Below are positions 57,210-64,000 of a stretch of 64,000 bases of DNA, one piece after another (the first letter of the stretch is position 1; each line of letters starts with the position of its first letter). The DNA lies in assembly GCA_030141605.1 (NCBI GenBank), contig JAQGDQ010000107.1, forward strand, positions 248,001 to 312,000. The letters run 5' to 3'. The notes under the pieces are model-generated. The model ran no database searches and was not told the DNA's origin. It saw nothing but the letters and a program-made list of their open reading frames with translations. The position numbers and the translations under genes are program-made. The stretch comes from Tubiluchus corallicola (lineage: Eukaryota; Animalia; Priapulida).

Positions 57210-57329
57210 AAGTCTACAGCACGTGGTATTCCTAGGCGGTCCCCCATCCAAGTACTAACCACGCTCTACATTGCTTAACTTCGGTGATCAGACGAGAACC
57301 GGTGTATTCAATGTGATATGGCCGTAGAC
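57210..57329 (-). rRNA. 5S rRNA: 5S rRNA gene
   Basis: 120-nt copy with one C-box substitution and a T-run terminator. Confidence 0.93.
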
Positions 57330-58169
57330 ATTAGCAGTTTCTTAAGACGAGTTAACATAGATATGATGTACATGAACAAGCAAACATTTTTGGCATTGAA
57401 ATTAAAAATACAAAAAAATCAGGATAGTGCACAGATACTCGCTCTCACCACTTCAACTTCCAATCAAGAGAAAACGATTTAAAGTGTCAGAAAGGTATCG
57501 AACAGTTTTTTAAAGTCAGTAATGATTTAACTTAATGGATAAAAGATATTTTTTGAAAATTTGAATTTTTCGTTTAATTCACATTAGAATCTCCAAATTC
57601 TGTATTCGTATTTAAAACTTGGTATTGTTCATAATATGCGCATCTATTTTTACGGCAAACGGTTTACTGCGAAGCTTGCTCACCAATTTACAGGTTTACA
57701 AATAATTATTGGGTTTAGTCCTACTCTGCTTAGTTGCATACATCTCAAGGGCACGCACTGACTAATTTGTAACTAGTACTATAATTCCACACATTAGTTT
57801 ACCTAGAGTAAACTCATCTCCTAAGTAATTGTTGCTCTTTCTCATAGTTACTTTTTCTCATAAATTTTTCTATATTACACTTTTTATGCTTATTTTTTTC
57901 TTTCCGTACTCTCAGTTTTTAACTTTACTCACTAACCTTGGCCAAATTCCCCTGTTAATAAGACCCCATTTGAAACTACTACATATAATAATCCTAATTA
58001 CTGAATAATTGTATTGTTTTGTTTAGATCTAACTTTATTATTTTTTGTTTTCAGTTCTTTTTGAATAATTTGTATCATTTATACTGTTTTTATTATTATT
58101 TTTTTCTTATTTGTTTTTGTTTTTGTTATCTGCAGCATCACCGTTAATTTTTAATGTCTTAATCTATTT

Positions 58170-58410
58170 ATAAGAAATGGCAGGAGACTAGAAGACCCTA
58201 CGGTCCTTCCCTGCCCTGCTCCATGATTATAATTACTTAATATTTAAAAAACGTTTGATGTTAAACTAATTGGAGAAAATAAATGTTCTATGTCTATGTC
58301 TATGTCTATGTCTATGTCTATGTCTATGTCTATGTCTATGTCTATGTCTATGTCTATGTCTATGTCTATGTCTATGTCTATGTCTATGTCTATGTCTATG
58401 TCTATGTCTA
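58170..58410 (+). mobile_element. LINE/SINE-like 3' end with (ATGTCT)n tail
   Basis: GC-rich stem-loop (ggcagg..cctgcc), AATAAA, then about 20 ATGTCT hexamers. Confidence 0.55.
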
Positions 58411-59547
58411 GACACATTAGACATTAGTTTTGTCAACGAGATGCTTATAAGGGACTGAAGAGTCGAACCCAATACCTTCTACACCGCAAAGAGACGTAAC
58501 TTTTAAGAATGGGCATTGGGTTGTCCAGAAAGTCCTATTGAATGAAGCATGTTAAGTGAACAAATAATACTGCAAAATCTCATAGTGAATAACAGCAGCA
58601 AAGCATCAGCACAACGTAACCACAGTCAAGTACTTATTTAAACAGTGAACATTGGAGGAATCGAACTCAATTCACAACTGCTATTAATTAGAGTAATATT
58701 AATTAGAATTCGTAAGTTTAAAACAAATGTCAAAAAGTTGCTATCATGTTCGTTGTTGCTAAGTTGCACAAGTTGCTAACACGTATAACCGAGCTTGTTA
58801 AAACACGTAGTCGTCATTAAATATTTTGCTTTTTCGATATCATTAGAGGTACAAATGTATATGGGTTGATGTAATATAGCGAAAAAAGACATAATAATTG
58901 AAAGGTTTGCAAAGTAACTGTGTATTCAAGTAAGACGGGTGGCCGGAAATGATGTAGTAGAAACACTGCATTTTTCTAATAAAAATTTATTGAAACTTGT
59001 TATACAATGATCTGTCTATGAAACGGATATTTTTCTGTAATAAACAATTTAAATCTTTATTAAGTTTACAGATACATATGATTATTTTTTAGAAAATACA
59101 ACGAATTATCATTTCCTGAAACACAACGTACGTAATATGTCTAATTGAGGAGTCACTTATAAATTGTCATAAACCAATTCGTCATTATACTGAAGTTTCG
59201 ATAATTTATACTAAAGTTTTGGTGTCCACGTTTGCCTAACACATAAAAATAGAAAAAAACGAACAACTAACCCGTGTTTCTTGCTGGAAACCTTTAAACA
59301 TTAACACAGCGTTATTGTCTATAAATGTAGGGCTTAATATCCTGTATATACGCTAACGATGGTAATTTTCCGCCCAGAAACTAGTGCATTTTCCTGAAAT
59401 TGGCACCCAGTTTTTACGCCATGACCGCTATCATTTGGAGGACGTTTCTAATTGGCCTCTATAAATGCTTTCCACATTTTCCCGACTGCCACAGTTGTCA
59501 AATTGTTCCACAATCGCAGGCCTACGGTCAGAGAGCAAAACTTCAAA

Positions 59548-61879
59548 ATGTAAGTGCGAGTAACTGTTTTTTTATTTCAAAACTTGATGTAAACGTTTGA
59601 ATGATTTTGATAAATCTGTAAAAAGTCATTTAGTTGCTAGCTTTATAAATTAACGATGCACAGAGTCCTATTCATTTTCTGAAAATGTTTTTTATTAGCA
59701 AGTTTAAAATTTTTGATCAGCAGTCTAGTCTAATTTGCTCAATTCAGCAGTCAGCATAAATAATCAATTTAAAAAAAAATGTGCAAACGTTTGATTTGAA
59801 GTTTAAAACTACAAAAATAGTATCGAAATAACAGCTTGTAATTGAAATATTCTATAAAAGGATTACAATAATGTTATCTAATAATATTATCTTCTTGTTA
59901 ATAATGAAATGTAAATTTATTTGTAAAATTTGCAAATTATAGTGCGAACTTAGTACTGAAGCGCACAACAAGCTTTTGACGTATTTTTACATCCACGTTT
60001 GTGCAATTTTCTTTAAAAAAGTGGATACTTATGCTCATTACTGATTTCAAAGCTTATTCAATTAATTGATTTTTTAAATAAACATGTTAAAAAGATGCGA
60101 AAATTCAGAATTAGGACCACGTTCTTAAACTGTAAATCTAAATTTTGCAAAAGTTTTTGTTTCAAATTTTAAGTTGAATTTAGACCCATGCTTGTAAGAG
60201 TTGGGAACTTTATCATCTGGCAAATACCAGTTCCGGGTAGTTATAATGTTGATGTTGCTTGTTGCTGATGCTACCGTCGTTGTTACTGTTAATCATGCTA
60301 CTGTTGTTGTAATTATTGTTGTAGTTTTAGTAGCAGTAGCAGTAATAGTAATGTAGTTGTAGAAGTAATTGTTGTTGTTGTTGTCGTTGTTGCTATTGCT
60401 GTTGCTGCTGCTGCTGTTTTGATGATGATAATGACGAATGATGAATGCAACTACGATGAAGACGACGGCGATGATCATGATGATGATACACTTCTTACCT
60501 GTGCACTTAACACAAGGCTAATGCAAATTTTCGTTGCAGGGATACGATTCTTGTTGCCGTTCTAGCCGTTGCTGTACTTAGCATGGTAAGCGCCAGTGGG
60601 CCATCGTACCGGAACGATGTGGCGTTTGCTCCCGGAGGTGCTGTTCCACACGGCTATAAGGGCAACACAGCAGCCTATCACAAAGTAGCACCAGCTCCAA
60701 AAACTTATTTTCACACCACAACGTACGGACCGGTGAGCAAAGGCAAGTTGGAAGGAGATGGGCAGAAAAGTAGCGAAACCTCATTTTCTCGCTCTGGTCG
60801 GGCTCACGGAACTTTGACTAGTCAAGATAAATCCTACGCGAAGGAGACCTCAGCAAAATCTAGAGGTTACGACTACGATTACAAGTAAGCATACAGACAA
60901 AACTAAACAAAACTAAACTAAAGTTATAATTCAAAACGGCTGAAACTTATTATATTGTTTTGCAATTTAACAAGCGCCAAAAAGTAACAAATTGTTTTGA
61001 TAGTAATTATCTGGCAAATTATATGAACAACATTGTCTGAAATCAAGTGTTACTGAAATCATACTTAGTTTGTTTGCTTTTAAAACAGCTGTTCACTTGT
61101 TTAAATTCACTTGATCGTGATTATTAAATTTCTTGTTTAACGATGGATAACGCAATCATGCCTAAAACCAGTTTGTAAGGTTCGCAGTGGGCACAGAACA
61201 CTGATTAATTAACTTATTCGTTAATAGATGTCACTACAGTGCACTTCGTAAAATTATTAAATTTATTAAAACAGAAGCTATGTTAATATATTTTTAACCA
61301 ATTACCAAAATATCAGTAAAGTAAGTTATGACTTTATTAGAAGTTAAATCGTAGACATACGAAAATTTTTCAGTAGAAACCGCTTTTTATTTCTCTTTTA
61401 CTATAAAAATATTTTAACGAAATATTTTACTATAAAGAATAACAAGTTTATTTAAACACCCAACTGCAGCGATTGCATGTGTATTTTAGTCACGTGGTCT
61501 CGCTTGAATTTTAACTCTTTTTTTGAAATGCATCTATTGCTACACCGAGTATATACATCGGGGTTAATATAGTTTAATTAACAAGTCGATGAACATAATT
61601 AAATGCTTTGCTTCTTGTCCTAGGGAAGGCCATGAATATTATCAACCAGAAACGTTATACAAGTACGACATAGTTCGACCAATATTAAGCCATTCTTACG
61701 ACGGCTACGGCTACGATTATCCATCAACGAAAACTTATCACAATGGCGGATATGCTAACGACGATTACAGCTACGGCCATCCCAGTAAATACCGACAGCA
61801 TGGATATTCAACGAGTCCGATTCGCCATGATAACACTTTACATCGTCCAGTAGGTGGCCAACGATGTTATTGTTATTAA
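59548..61879 (+). CDS. secreted Tyr/His/Gly/Ser-rich protein (200 aa); coding exons 59548-59549, 60540-60884, 61624-61879
   Basis: TATAAA at about 59460. AT|gtaagt..ttgcag|G GAT builds the ATG, followed by signal peptide MDTILVAVLAVAVLSMVSA. A phase-2 intron AA|gtaagc..ctag|G joins the last exon, which ends ..GGQRCYCY*. Confidence 0.8.
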
Positions 61880-63080
61880 GTTAAATTCAGGGCATGCATG
61901 AAGCATTACTTACTTCCGGTTATCAAAAAATTGCAATGTTAAATTTTACTGTTGGATTAAGTCCTTAGAATTAGTTTTGTATATAGATTTATTACAAATA
62001 TATAAAAACGGCCTTAAAATGTCACAATTGCGATAACAACATGTAGTTTTTGTACAAATAATAAAAATTATCATAATACTCAACGATTTTGCATTATAGC
62101 TTTATTAATAAAACTGAATTACAAAAATTACGCTATTGGGCATAATTTTTATTCATTTTTACAGTGTACTCCAATCTTAATGTCATTTTGCTCGCTTTAG
62201 AATGTGCATAATTCAAAATCAATTTTATGCAAAAATAATAACAATACTATTAACAAGGATAACAACAACGGTATGCAAAAGATGCATTCTGTCTTAACAA
62301 TAAACGACAAAACATCAACAACAAAGTGAACGTTGCTATAACAACATAACATTAATTTCATGCACAAAAATTCTTTTTATTTAAATTTTGAACTTACGCG
62401 TAATTTAAATTGTATTAGGAATTATAAACTGAAATCATTATAATCAATAAGTTAACGATGCCCAAATTTTGGCACGAATATACAGATAATAATGTTGAGA
62501 AAATCACTTGTTTTTAAAATCAGTTTGAGGAATAAAGTAATCGAAACAGAACCAGCTAATGAAGGAAAAAAACCAGATTATAGCTCTGTAGCTTTGGCCT
62601 AAATCAACTACTAGCAACATAAATACTATCACTAAAACATACTGTAAATAAAGCTATAGAACTACACTAAAGCTTCTACTAGTAACTTTGGAAAAAATAT
62701 ACTTTTGCCGGCAGTAGCAGGTCTAGTTGTTTTGGGCATAAGCAGCAAGAGTACCGAGCACCAAAGTCTTAAACGAAAGGCTAAGGAAGTTCTGCTCAGC
62801 TACAAAACAAGTGTTTCCTTTTAAAAAAAATATTACCTCAAGTAATAAAACCTGATCGATGATGTTCAAAAAGGCAGAAATGAAATTATCAGTTTTCCGC
62901 TGTTGCAATTCGGTTGCTGCTTTAGTCAATTACATTTATTTCCAATGATCTAGGTAATAAAAAGATACTGCTAAGCATTACTAGGACACTATTCCTCCCA
63001 CTTTTGAAAAGGGATTAAACATGGTCACAGGTAAACAGCAAGGACTGGCACACAAAAACAAATTAGTCTACTGCTACATA

Positions 63081-64000
63081 TCACGACTCTTCTCCACATT
63101 TACATATTACGGATGTATCAACATTTTCCTTATCATCACACATGTATTTGAATGGATGAAAGACTGTTCCCTCCGGGCAGTTCATTGGAACACGCATTTC
63201 ATTGGGTGTGTTCTGCCACAGACATAGATAGTACTTGCGACAGTTTATTGGATTTGCCATTACCATGTGCGAATGTCCGGAGCAAGAGGGACCTGGTCCT
63301 TTCACCTCACATTGCGTACTTTCTGTAGCCATTCCCACAGCGCCGTTTCTTCCAGAAGCAGATGAACCGGAATCCGAAAGTTTTGTTTCCTCCAATTCTG
63401 GATTATATGGCCTCTGCTCTTCCTGGGCAACTACTGGGCCAAGGCTTTCGCCCCCATGAGTATTACTGGGATATGTCTCGTGTCCAACAGTACCAGGTAA
63501 TTCATAATCGTTGTAAGTATTACGTGGATATTGTTCATAGGATTGATTTGTAGGATACCCTTCATAAGAATAAGCTGTATGGTGTGGAAATGGAATACCA
63601 ACTGTGGAAACATGTGATGGATACGTATCATAGTGGCCTGGATAGCTTTCATATGCATCGTGTCCATGTTCAGGGTATGTTTCATGAGGATGCACTTCAT
63701 AGTGTCCATGTTCAGGGTACGTTTCATGAGGATGCACTTCATAGTGTCCATGTTCAGGGTACGTTTCATGAGGATGCACTTCATAGTGTCCATGTTCAGG
63801 GTACGTTTCATGAGGATGCACTTCATAGTGTCCATGTTCAGGGTACGTTTCATGAGGATGCACTTCATAGTGTCCATATTCAGGGTACGTTTCATGAGGA
63901 TGCACTTCATAGTGTCCATATTCAGGATACGTTTCATGAGGATGCACTTCATAGTGTCCATGTTCAGGGTACGTTTCATGAGGATGCACTTCATAGTGTC
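63081..64000 (-). CDS. His/Tyr/Glu/Pro-repeat protein with C-terminal peritrophin-A (CBM14/ChtBD2) chitin-binding domain, 5'-partial
   Basis: Open frame of at least 302 aa: (HPHETYPEHGHYEV)x8+, a linker, then C..NPINCRKYYLC..MNCPEGTVFHPFKYMCD..C. Confidence 0.88.
   Translation of the reverse strand, partial: HYEVHPHETYPEHGHYEVHPHETYPEYGHYEVHPHETYPEYGHYEVHPHETYPEHGHYEVHPHETYPEHGHYEVHPHETYPEHGHYEVHPHETYPEHGHYEVHPHETYPEHGHDAYESYPGHYDTYPSHVSTVGIPFPHHTAYSYEGYPTNQSYEQYPRNTYNDYELPGTVGHETYPSNTHGGESLGPVVAQEEQRPYNPELEETKLSDSGSSASGRNGAVGMATESTQCEVKGPGPSCSGHSHMVMANPINCRKYYLCLWQNTPNEMRVPMNCPEGTVFHPFKYMCDDKENVDTSVICKCGEES
63660..64000. repeat. 42-bp coding tandem repeat
   Basis: Unit catagtgtccatgttcagggtacgtttcatgaggatgcactt, at least 8 copies, continuing past the window end. 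Confidence 0.96.

Larger units (their letters stand above)
52200..57470 (-). repeat. 5S rDNA tandem array, right block, with TE insertions
   Basis: Repeated spacer plus 5S; the unit 56387 to 57210 is 823 bp. Confidence 0.92.

Noticed and set aside
58630-58720. Extra upstream non-coding exon (TATTTAA..gtaagt) resembling that of the Gly-rich gene
   Set aside because: The similarity is short and no downstream partner exon could be assigned.
63431-63994. Alternative-frame ORF (MKCILMKRTLNMDT)n
   Set aside because: A shadow frame of the 42-bp repeat; only the His-rich frame continues into the CBM14 domain.

Overview
AT-rich, intron-containing invertebrate (metazoan) genomic DNA; the organism cannot be named from the sequence alone. 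From left to right the window contains: (1) five exons of a Wnt8 gene (+, 1626-5758; its 5' exon(s) were not found), with microsatellite-filled introns. (2) A cluster of three clan-2 (CYP2-like) cytochrome P450 genes with the same six-exon layout: CYP-A (-, 10941-18973, intact, 497 aa), CYP-B (-, 22682-30045, exon 3 broken by an in-frame stop) and CYP-C (+, 30385-40925, intact, 500 aa). CYP-B and CYP-C are head-to-head, 339 bp apart. (3) A split tandem 5S rDNA array (-, 42400-43990 and 52200-57470, about 0.8 kb units). Its spacer carries a degenerate second 5S control region and a candidate spliced-leader-like small RNA, and it has been hit by a solo LTR, a decayed BEL/Pao retrotransposon and a truncated LINE. 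(4) An orphan C-type lectin exon and three genes for low-complexity Gly/Tyr/His-rich structural proteins, two with signal peptides and one with a peritrophin-A (CBM14) chitin-binding domain that runs off the window end. There are also many TE remnants (hAT, Tc1, Harbinger-like, LINE), minisatellites and a long intronic hairpin. Exon boundaries were read by eye from GT/AG signals and phase. Family assignments rest on recognised motifs, not on database searches.
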